This document shows, in pieces, positions 22,801 to 33,420 of a DNA stretch of 64,000 nt. How positions within the stretch are numbered: the first letter of the stretch is position 1; each line of letters opens with the position of its first letter. The translations under genes were made by a program, and so were the position numbers. The notes under the pieces are model-generated. The model worked only from the letters and a program-made list of their open reading frames with translations, was not told where the DNA came from and made no database searches. The DNA comes from Pristiophorus japonicus (lineage: Eukaryota): contig NC_091998.1 in the NCBI RefSeq assembly GCF_044704955.1, forward strand, positions 58,900,001-58,964,000, given 5' to 3'.

Positions 22801-23269
22801 AGATCCTCCCCCCTCCACCGCCCCCCCCCCCACACCCCGCCTCCCTCCACCTTATGGCCCACCAATCCTACCTTGGGCAATACACTGGCATCCCCAGCAC
22901 AGACTGATTCTTTGATTTGCAGCCTCTGGTACTGAGACTGTCTGAATTGAGAAGCACAGCGAAATACTGCAGCTTGCTGGAAATCTGAAAACGCAAAGTG
23001 CGCCTGCTCGCCAGGTCAAGCAGCATGAGGGGGGAAACCCTGCCCAGGCTGCAGCAGGGGTATTGGAGGGACGGAAAATTACAGCTACAGTGTGTGATGT
23101 GGCTGAGGTTCTGGGCCTCAGTATCATTACACTCAGAGGGTAAAATGCTGCCTGGATACCCTCAACACAGAACAAGTGTGGCCTTTACTTGTTAAACCTT
23201 ATGGGGCTTAGCAGGCAGTGAAATGCTTTTGCTTTTCAAACTTTGAATGGGTACCAGTGACGAGAGGGT

Positions 23270-23430
23270 TAATTTCGGGAATATCCACACGCTGAGGAAC
23301 TTCTAAAGACATTTCTGAAATAATGCACTACGCAATCAAAAAAATTCCATCCAGGGGAGACCCGCCCTGAGGGAGGAGCATGTGGAGGGCGCTGTGTATA
23401 AGACACGAGCTGAAGGCTGTTTATCAGCAC
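23270..23430 (+). promoter_or_regulatory. Proximal promoter of il1b copy 1
   Basis: TATAAGA at 23397-23403, ~120 nt before the ATG. Upstream motif matches: kB-like GGGAATATCC (23277-23286) and GGGGAGACCC (23354-23363), ETS/PU.1 core GAGGAA (23294-23299), C/EBP-like TTCTGAAAT and CTACGCAAT (23328-23336), and a GC box CCCGCCC. Motif matches only. Confidence 0.65.
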
Positions 23431-23521
23431 AGCTACACAGTAATCCTGACAATCTTGAGCACACCGCCAGATATAACCTCAAACAACTGAGAGCGTCAAA
23501 TCTACCGCGAAGACACGAGGC

Positions 23522-26500
23522 ATGAAGACTGAGATTGGACCCGTGACCATTCCAATGGTTGATAGTGAATCTCGAAGGTAAGATTTTGTTTAGTGTTTAA
23601 TCCCAAACTGAGCGATGCCAGTCGCTCTCTATCTCTGAATCCTGCCCATGTTTGCAGCAACTAAATGATGCTCGCTCTATCCGCAGAACCTTCAGTCACC
23701 GCCGCCGCAGGAATTCTCGCCTGACTTCTCCGGTCTCCTGCCCCCAGCTCAAGGTAAGAATCTTTCACTGGCATTGTATCAACCTGATATTGGTGTGTGG
23801 GGGGGGGGGGGGGACATGCATTTTGTTACAGTTACAGTAAGCTTGAGTTGGTAAATATTACAATGCTCTGAGCGAGCAGAATTCACAATGCAAATTGAAC
23901 CCTCTTTGGAAATATTTTCTAAGTGCAGAGATTAAATTCCCAGGCCCCACCCCACACTCCAGCCCACCAATCCGGGCTGCGAGAGTTTCCTCTGTCTCAG
24001 CCCTCACAGAACCAGAGACATTTACAGCACGGAGCGAGACCATTTGGCCCATCGAATCCGCGCCGGCCGACCAAGAGCAACCCAGCTTAATCCCACTTTC
24101 CAGCTCTCGGTCCGTAGCCCTGCAGGTTACGGCACTTCACGTGCACATCCAAGTATTTTTTAAATGTGGTGAGGGTTTCTGCCTCTACCACCCTTTCAGG
24201 CAGTGAATTTCAGACCCCCACTACCCTCTGGGTGAAGACATTTCCCCTCAAATCCCCTTTAAACCTGCTACCAGTCACTGTAAAGCTATGCACCCTGGTT
24301 ATTATCCCCTCTGCTAAGGAAACAGGTTCTTCCTATCCACTCTATCTAGGCCCCTCATAATTTTACACACCTCAATTAGGTCTCCCCTCAGCCTCCTCTG
24401 CTCCAAAGAAAACAGACCCAAACTATCCAATCTTCCCTCACAGCTAAAATTCTCCGTCATGTGCTCCAACTTGCCAGCCACAGGGTATCAGTGTGTGGTG
24501 CCTGCAGCGGTTGGGAGGTTCTGTTTCTGCACCAATTGCAGTAATTCCAGGCAATCCCCTGAGTGTATCCTGGGCGCAGCTTCTTGTCCATGGTGTTACA
24601 GAGACATCGCATTCCTTCATCTCAACTCCCACTAAACATGCCTGGGACCCTTGGCATTTCTGGGGGGGCTGGAGGCTGGGGAAAAAAAAGCACATCACCC
24701 GCCAACGAGACTGGACTCACCGAATCTAACTGTTTGCTCATTTTGCAGAGCCTATTTCAAGAGACCTTACCAAAAGTGATGGAGACGAGCACGGCCAATC
24801 ACCGAGCAGACGGAGAGAGCTACCAGCTAGAAATCACCGGGACATCCTCGTCCATAACCACGGCCGGCAATGCAGTACTCTCGCTGGAAAAGGCTGTCAT
24901 GTTGGTCCTGGCTGTTGAAAAATTCAAGAAGGGGTTGGGGCGGCCGTCGAGCAATGGCTGGGGACACAAGGGCACTTCCTTCAAGGGCAGCGAGCTGCTC
25001 GGGAGCTTCAATGCGCTGGTGGAAGGTAAGAAGCGTTTCCTTCCAGTGTTGTCATTGGTGCCATGGCCAACTGTGTGAGCAGTGTGGCACCCGGCATCAT
25101 GGCTGCTGGCTGCTGTGTCAGTGCTTCTGTTGCTGCTCCCTCATTGTTGCTGGCTCAATATAGTGGCATTGCCCACAGCAGCTGTGGCATTCCCATTGGC
25201 GTAAGGATTTGACAAGACAGCCTGGCACCCGGGTAACCCGGGCTGGCCAAGAACTGCAGCCTTGCCAGCGCTGCCCAGAGACATATTACACTTCCAGATT
25301 GATTTTTTTTCTGATCAATCTCCGTTAATTTGCTGCGGTGAATAACTGCTTTCGATTTGTGCCAACAGAAGCCATTACCTGCATCAGCTATGACGACACT
25401 GAACAGGCGAACAGCTCCTACAGGTTCATGCGGAGTGAGCGCACGCAGGTGAAGGACGAGCAAGACAAGTCTCTGATGCTGTCGGACAACCTCCAGCTCG
25501 TCGCCCTGTTCTTGCAGGAGCCGAAGGACGAAGGTGGGTCACCTCAGCCCTTGCTCTTTTCTGGAACACTTCAAACAAGGAAAAGTTGGCCAAAGTATTT
25601 CAATCTTCCTGTTCGGAAGAAGAATTCTCTCCCGGTCACTGTCGCTCTTCCTTGCCCCGCCTCTATTCTCTCCCCGCCTCTCCTGACTCCCTGCACAGAG
25701 GCTGACTCTTGGCTGGGATATATTTCTACAGGAGTCACTCTCCCCCCACCCAGTACCTCACCAACTTGGCCATTCTTACTGTGAGGCCAAAGTGTTGTCA
25801 GGCTATTCAGCCATGGGGGAGGCGCATCATAGCCCAGCCCGACTGATGTATATCCCCAGGATCACTAGATCAGGACCAGGAGCAGGGACCCTGGCCATTT
25901 CATCTGCTCCCTGGCGGAGTGTTGCTGAGGCCAATTGTAATGCACCAGTGCCTGCCTTGGTTAACTTGAACCTGACGACCATCCAGCCTGAATGGCTCAA
26001 TTCCATTCCAGATGGTGCATTTATCCAGTAATAACTGGGGAGCTGCACTTTTAGTAATCTTGGTCTCAATATATTCTGACGACAGTACTAACATGTTCCC
26101 TCTTTAACTTACAGTAACACTGGATGTGAGGTACTACAAGACCGCTGTGAGCACAGAGAATGATTTGCCTGTTGTTCTGGGAATCAACAGGCGGAATCTG
26201 TTCCTCTCTTGCACGGGATCACATGACAGACCCAGGATGCAGGTGGAGGTAAGGGATTGCACAGTTACCTGACAAATATCACGTCATTGCTACCTGGAGG
26301 CTCGGCCTCTTCTGCCAGCCTGCCTGTGTTCATTCTCTACAACTTACATGTGTCAGAGGATTCAGTCCATGTTTTGCAACCTTCCCTTCACTCTGGCTGT
26401 GATGCCCCATGTCCACAATCTGACCAATTTCAACACTGGTTCTGCAGCTTCAGGGAAACCCCCTGCCCATATCTTACAGTCCATCTCCCCTCCTCCTGAA

Positions 26501-27306
26501 GGTGCTGCCTCTCTCTGCGACACTGGTTCCATGGGTGCTGGCCACCCTCCACTCACTCGCCCATGGAGCCAATCCTCAGATAGTGTATCAGAAAGCTATT
26601 TAACCTGAGGGTGCAGCCCCATAGCCCAATCCTAGCCTGGCCTGACCTGATACCCAAACATGTACAATCTCCAGCAGGGATCGCTGCACAGTGATCAGGA
26701 GCTGGAACCCTGGCATTTTTCCCCCGCCCTATCCCAGGAATGCTCTGTCCTCTCTCCCCTTCCTGGCCAAAGTCAGCTGGCTTAGAATAGTCCCGGGATC
26801 AAGGGCAATCACCCTGTGCATTTGCAGACAGTCAGCTGACGCGGAGTCTGGGCGGAGCCCTAATATCAGGGTAGCAGCCCCGCCAGGCACAGGAGCTGAA
26901 TTCCCCAAGAAGGGAATGGGACGGGAAAGGGATGGGCGGCATTAGGTCTGCCGGCTCAGAACCTCCCACCAACATCAAGAAACCAGCCCCGTGCACACCA
27001 ACATATCCTGAAATAAAGACCCTTGCAGCTTTTTCAGCTGAAATATAAATGTATTTCAATGTGTTCCAACCGATGATGTTTCTATTTGCACAGAAATGGG
27101 ACAAGACTCTGCAGAATATCAGCAGTGCTACCGACCTGCTCCGCTTCGTGTTCTATAAGAAGGATTCGAGTTCTGGCGAGGACTTTGAGTTTGAATCGGC
27201 GATGTACCGGGGCTGGTACATCAGCACGTCCAGAAAGAGCAAACAGCCTGTGGACATGGACCGGAAGGAGCACCGCAAGAGAATCACAATCTTCACAGCG
27301 GAGTGA
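23522..27306 (+). CDS. il1b: Interleukin-1 beta-like precursor, copy 1; 6 coding exons join(23522..23577,23687..23753,24749..25025,25369..25533,26115..26248,27094..27306), 303 aa
   Basis: All introns are GT-AG with compatible phases (2,0,1,1,0); the total is 912 nt ending in TGA. The pro-domain has the motif LEKAVMLVLAVEKFKK. Beta-trefoil segments include RSERTQVKDEQDKSLMLSDNLQLVALFLQ, PVVLGINRRNLFLSC and LLRFVFYKKD. The IL-1 family signature region reads FESAMYRGWYISTS...PVDM. The exon 2 acceptor could alternatively be 23711, also in frame. Confidence 0.93.
24005..24455 (-). mobile_element. CR1 3' fragment in il1b intron 2 (also ~42243-42693 and ~60405-60855)
   Basis: Closely matches 3370-3800 (GTGGTGAGGGTT.CTGCCTCTACCACCCTTTCAGGCAGTGA...). 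Confidence 0.85.
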
Positions 27307-27680
27307 GACCGTCCCGAACTCTCCGCAGTTCACAACACAAACCAGGAGTAGTTGGTTTCGGGAGAGCGTGTGTATGTACTAAGTACAGAATTCGCAATCC
27401 ATTGAATTACAATCATTTTGGTCATATTGGACTGAAAAGATTGATGTTGGAATATGTTGGTGAAACACAGGTAGCAATATTTGTTACTGCTTGACTTGTA
27501 TATTATTTGCATTTAAACTTTAGTGAAACGAAGGTGTCGTATTTTTGGATCGTGAGGACTAATGATTGTATAAGTTATTCAATATTATTATTTATTATTT
27601 AAATTATTGATCCATTTATTGCTATACTGGAAGAGAAAGCTTCTTCCTTGGTTGATTAAATTTTGAGTTTTCTTTCAAAC
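27307..27680 (+). terminator. il1b copy 1 3'UTR with AU-rich elements and polyadenylation signal
   Basis: ATTTA at 27511, 27590, 27597 and 27614, including the nonamer TTATTTATT (27588-27596). ATTAAA at 27655-27660 is followed by a T-rich tract. Confidence 0.7.
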
Positions 27681-27886
27681 ACATTAGTTTCCTTTTTCAT
27701 TTTCACACATTTCCTTAAAAATGTTGTTTGGGGTAAAAAAAAATGAAGCACGCACCATTGCTGCAGTAGGAAAAGCTCTTCCATTCCCAACTGATTCTTT
27801 GCAATCTCCACAGTCTCGCGTTTGCTCACTTTTCTCACCCTCTGTTGGGCAGCTCCAGAATATTTGTTTTTACATTCTCTCCTGAA

Positions 27887-28296
27887 GAAAGAAAGACTTC
27901 CATTTCTATCGTCGCTTCCACCAGCTCAGGACGTCCCAAAGCCCTTCGCAGTCAATGAACCATTGTAATGTGGGAAACACAGCAGCCAAATTCCGCACAG
28001 CAAGCTCCAAAAACAGCAGTGCAGATAATGAGCAGATAATCTGATAGTTAGTGATGTTGATTGAGGGATAAATAATGGCCAGGACACCAGGAAAGCTCCC
28101 CCTGCTTTTCTTCAAATGGCACCGTGGGACCTTTTCTATGCACCTGAGAGGTGGGCCCTCACTTTAACCTCTCATTCAAAAGACGGCCCCTCCGGCAGTG
28201 CAGCACTGGGTGTCAGCCTGGATTGTATGCTGAAGTCTCCGGACTGGAGCTCCGGGACTGAGACGAGAGTGCTGCCACTGAGCCAAGGCTGACACT
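27887..28296 (-). mobile_element. DeuSINE-like SINE at the unit junction (also 46128-46537)
   Basis: Reverse complement of the SINE family at 20583. The head GTGTCAGCCTTGGCTCAGTGGCAGCACTC is on the minus strand and the tail is AAAGAAAGAC. Confidence 0.72.
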
Positions 28297-28834
28297 CGGC
28301 AGTATTGGGGGAGGTGCTGCATTCTTGGTCAGGTGCAGTTTCACAGGCGCTGACCATATTTCTCTATCTCAACTAAGTGACCATTCTTTGTGTATGTATA
28401 CCAACAGTGTGGGGGTTGTTTCAGCTAAAGGATAAAACCAGGCTCTAAATGGGTGAAACGCTAATAATAAATGGGTGACAATTTTGGTCCTAATTGCTGA
28501 TGGCCATAATTGGAACTTATGCCTGATTACCATAATTGGAGGCGCTAAACCAGAAACCGTCAGGTTTAGCACAAGTGCTGATTAGACTCAATTTTAGTGA
28601 AGCAGTATATGTGGGCTCCTCGCACCCAATTCCACGGAAGATGAGGCGTGCGCTGACTGGCACACAGTGACACGTTGCAGGATGGCTTGGACTGAGGGAG
28701 GGGGCACGCAGGTTTGTAAGAAATCTTTAAACCCAAAAAAATTGCAAGTTATAAAAGGGATAATAATTCTGCAAAGAGTAGTCTGCCAACTCAACAGATG
28801 AGGGCTCAACAACAACAACAAATTCTATTTATAT

Positions 28835-31800
28835 CATCATCATAGGCAGTCCCTCGGAATCGAGGCAGACTTGCTTCCACTCCTAAAGTGAGTCCTTTGG
28901 TGGCTGAACCATCGTACACGAGAGCCCCAGACCCTGTCACAGGGTGGGACAGACATTTGTCGGGGGAAGTGGGGGTGGGACTGATTTACCACACGCTCCT
29001 TCCGCTGCCTGCGCCTGACCACTTTTACACTCGTGGCGTTGAGATTCGAAGAGCTCAATGCCCTCCCGGATGCACTTTCTCCATCTCAGGCGGTCTTGGG
29101 CCAGGGACTCCCAGGTGTCAGTGGTGATATCGCACTTTACCAGGAAGGCTTTGAGGGTGTCCTTGTAACGTTTCCGCTGCCCAGCTTTGGCTCATTTGCC
29201 GTGAAGTAGCTCCGCATAGAGAAATTGCTTAGGGAGTCTCGTGTCTGGCATGCGAAATATGTGGCCTGCCCAGCGAAGCTGATCGAGTGTGGTCAGTGCT
29301 TCAATGCTGAGAATATTAGCCTGGGCAAGGACACTGATGTTGGTGCACCTGTCTTCCCAGGGGATTTGCAGGATCTTGCGGAGACATCGTTGGTGATATA
29401 TCTCCAGCAACTTAAGGTGTCTTCTGTACATCGTCCATGCCTCTGATCCATTCAGGAGGGTGGCTATTATGACAGCCCTGTAGACCATGAGCTTGGTGAT
29501 AGATTTGAGGGCCTGGTCTTCGAACACTCTTTTCCTCGGGCAGCCAAAGGCTGCACTGGCGCACTGGAGGCGATGTTGAATCTCCACTTCAATGTCTGCC
29601 TTTGTTGATAAAAGGCTCTCGAGGTATGGGAAGTGATCCACATTGTCGAGGGCCGCGCCATTAATCTTGATGACTGGGGGGGCAGTGCTGTGCGGCGAGG
29701 ACAGGCTGGTGGAGGACCTTTATCTTACGGATGTTAAGTGTAAGGCCCATGCTTTCATATGCCTCGGTGAATACATCGACTATATCCTGGAGTTCAGCCT
29801 CAGAACGTGCGCAGGCGCAGGCGTCGTCTGCGTACTGCAGCTCAACAACAGAGGTTGGGATTATCTTGGACCTGGCCTGGAGGCGGCGTAGGTTAAACAG
29901 CTTCGCACTGGTTCTGTAGATCCACTCCAGCGGGGAGCTTGTTGACTGTGAGGTTGAGCATGGCAATGAGGAAGATTGAGAAGAGGGTTGGAGCGATGAC
30001 ACAGCCCTGTTTGACTCTGGTCCGGACGTGGATTGAGTTTGTAATGGAACCAATGGTAAGGATCACGGCCTGCCTGTCGTCGTGGAGCAGGCGAAGGATG
30101 TTGACCAACTTTTGGGGGCATCTAAAATGGAGGAGAATGCTCCACATGCCCTCATGATTGACAATGTCAAAGCCTTTGTAAGGTTGAAAAAGGCCATGTA
30201 TAACGGCTGGCACTGCTCCCTGCATTTTTTCTGCAGCTGTCGCGCTGCAAAGATCATGTCTGTTGTGCCCCATAGAGGTCGAAATCCGCACTCTAATTCT
30301 GGGAGGAGCTCCTCGGCCACAGGGAGAAGTCGATTGAGGAGAACTCTAGCGACAACCTTCCCAGTGGCTGATAACAGGGAGATTCCCCTGTAGTTGCCGC
30401 AGTCGGACTTGACCTTTTTAAAGATGGTCACGATCGCTGCATCTCTGAGATCTCCCGGCACGCTCTCCTCCCTCCAAATGAGAGAGATGAAGTCATGTAT
30501 CCGCACCAACAGCGCCTCTCCACCATACCTTAAAGCTTCAGCAGCAATTCCATCTGCACCCGTAGACATGTTATTTTTGTTCTGTTTTATGGCTTTGCCT
30601 ACCTCATGCAGCACTGGCATTTCACTGAGGTGGTGTCGGGTCGCATTCTGCGGGATGGAGTTGAGGACAATCGAGTCAAAGGCAGAGTCTCGATTGAGGA
30701 GATCTTCAAAGTGCTCCTTCCAGCGGTCCCTGACAGCCCCGGTGTCCTTGATGAGTGTTTCCCCGTTCTTGGCCAGGAGTGGGGTGTGGCCTTGGGAGTT
30801 TGGACCGTAGGCGGCTTTGGACCATAGGCGGCGTTGACTGCAATGAAGAATCCTCGCATATCGTGGCTGTCGGCCAGTTGTTGTATCTCCTGTGCTTTCT
30901 CCATCCACCACCTGTTCTTTAGGTCCCGGGTTTTTTGTTGGACCTCAGCCTTGAGCCGTCTGTAATGTTGTTTTGCAACTCCCGAGTTGGAGTGTTACTT
31001 GAGGCTCAGAAATGCTCTCTGCTTATGATCTATTAGTTCTTGGATCTCCTGATCATTTTTATCAAACCAGTCCTGGTGCTTTCTGGTTGAGTAACCAAGT
31101 GTCTCTTCACAGGCACTGGTTATGGAGACCTGGAGGGAAGACCAAGCACTGTGCGCATTCAGCATCTCAGGGTATTCAAGGCACGCCAGATTAGCTGTGA
31201 GGCACTGGCTGTATACGGCTCTCTTAGCTGGGTTTTTAAGTGTCCTGGTATTAACTTTTTTGGCACTGCTTCTGCTGTCCCCTCTGCTTTGGGGTTATGT
31301 TTATATCGATGATGGATCGGATTAGGCGATGGCCGTCGAGCAGTCGTCAACTTCTGTCATGGCGCGGGTTATGCGCATAACCTTGCGATCCCTGGCTCGG
31401 ATGATGACATCGTCAAGCAGGTGCCAGTGTTTGAAGCAAGGGTGTTGCCACGATGCTCTGTATTGTCCCTCAGGTGGAGCAGGCTGTTGGTGATGAGGAG
31501 TTTATGTTCTAGACATTTTGTCAGGAGTAGGGTACCGCTGGAGTTGGCTTTCGCTACCCCCTCTCGGCCAATCACACCTCCCCAGAGGGCTGAATCTTTG
31601 TCGACCCTGGCATTAAAGTCATCTAGAAGGATCAATTTCTCGCCCATTGGGACGTGGGACAGGGATGTCTCGAGGTTGGAATTAAAAACTCTCTTTAGCC
31701 TCATCCGTTGCATCGAGTGTTGGGGCGTACACACTGATGACAGTGGCGCATTGGTTCTGGGATCGGGTATGGCGAAGAGTCATGAAGTGTTCATTAACCC

Positions 31801-33420
31801 CGCAGGGGAAATCTTTGAGGCGGTTGACCAGTTGATTTTTGACGGCAAAGCCAACCCCATGAAGGCGGTGTTCTTCCTCTGGTTTTCCTTTCCAGAAAAT
31901 GGTGTAACCTCCACCATGTTCCTTGATCTGGCCTTTCCCTGCCCGCCTGGTCTCACTTGGGGCGGCGATGTCAATGTCAAATCCTCTAAGTTCCCGGGCA
32001 TCTATGGCCGTGCGGCGTTCCAGCCTGTTGCTGTTGTAATTGTCCATGAGGTTGCTGACGTTCCAGGTCTCAAACTTCATAGTTACGAAGTGGAAAATGC
32101 CTGTGCGTGAGTTCTTTTAACGTGGTGTGGCCGCTGCACACCGGCAACCACTCGGGCTTAGCTGAGCAGGGTCTTGGTTCGGCGGAAAGGGGGTTTAAGA
32201 CGACTGGAGACTAGGCACTGCTGTATAAGCCTAATTGCCTACGGCGAGGTGTTGGTCGCAAGCTCAGCGCCGAGTAGTGCCATTGATGGTAGATGGCCCG
32301 AGGCTTGGTTGGGGGATAGGTGTTAGGAAGGTCAGCAGTCCACTGGGGTTCCGAGGGATGTTTTGGAAAGTTTCTTCCAAGGTTAAAAATTTCCCCAAAG
32401 GTTTCCAAGTTGTTTTAAATGTTTGAATTTAGAAGTATTTCCAGATTATTTTTTTTTAAAGTTACACAGGTTGATTGAAGGTTTAATAAATAGATTAATA
32501 GTTCGTTAAAAGTTGATAAAAAAAACTCTAAACTGTAAATCAAGTTGTTTAAAAGTTAATGTTCACTGCTAGCGACCGAGGGCAGATACAGCCCGTCGGT
32601 GTGCCGGGCTGGCTGATTTAGGTGACCCCGAGTGCGAGGCTGGGTCAGGCCGGCTGGCCGAAGGGACCCAGAGTGCGTCGTTGGGCTTGGCTGGCTGGCC
32701 GAAGGGACCCGGAGTGTGTGGTTGGGCGGGGCCGGCTGGCCGAAGGGACGCGGAGTGTGTCGTTGGGCCGGGCCGGCTGGCCGAAGGGACCGGGAGTGTG
32801 TCGTTGGGCCGGGCCGGCTGGCCGAAGGGACCCGGAGTGTGTCGTTGGGCGGGGCCGGCTGGCCGAAGGGACTTGGAATGCTGAATGTACTCCCATGATG
32901 TACAAAGACCTGGATGGACCACACCTGGAGCACTGCGGGGAAGTAGAGGCCCAGTCATCTCCAGAGGGGGCCCGAACGCCTGGACACCGCTGGGGAGAGG
33001 TCTCAACACTGCTGGGAGGCCAAACACCTTGGCCCGCTGCAATCCCGGGCCGAATGGCCTCCCCGCTCCCCGATTAGTACACATCCACAGGGGTCTCAGC
33101 ACTGAACCAAGCGGCTCCAAGCTCAGATCCCAGGAACTGCAAGAGGGGTATAAATGAAAAAGCTGACAAGGCCCTAGCACAGACGGTGGAGTGAAGGGCT
33201 CCCGAGAGTGGATCTATGGTCTAACACTCTTCCGCCAGTGGACCCATGCTGACCCGAGTCTAACTCTTGACGGCAACCCCTCCGGCCTAGCGACCCCTCC
33301 ACTCACTGCACCCTCCATCCTCTCTGCAGCCTGGTACCGCAGGCCTATACATTCGACAGCCATTCCTGAGATATCCGCAGCCTCTCCTGAGCTATCCGCA
33401 CCCACCAGCCAATCTCCTAG
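28835..33420 (-). mobile_element. Full-length RTE-clade LINE (~4.6 kb), frameshifted
   Basis: APE motifs (WNV, SETR, GVGFAV, VYAPT, DFNARV) and RT motifs (GADGI, NYRGISLL, KQGCVIAP, YADD). It has a (ATG)n tail and TSD CTATTTATAT at 28825-28834 and 33421-33430. Confidence 0.93.
32647..32872. repeat. 41-bp GC-rich VNTR in the RTE 5' region, 6 cores
   Basis: GGCTGGCCGAAGGGAC recurs every 41 bp, six times. Confidence 0.92.

Larger units (their letters stand above)
10310..28257 (+). repeat. Tandem segmental duplication unit 1 (diverged spacer plus near-identical gene region)
   Basis: 10310-10870 matches 28258-28820, 10880-11745 matches 33421-34280, and 16037-28257 matches 34289-46498. Confidence 0.85.

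Noticed and set aside
32556-33180. Overlapping Pro/Gly/Arg-rich ORFs, or a CRISPR-like array
   Set aside because: These are products of a GC-rich 41-bp tandem repeat. There are no unique spacers and no cas genes, and the context is eukaryotic.
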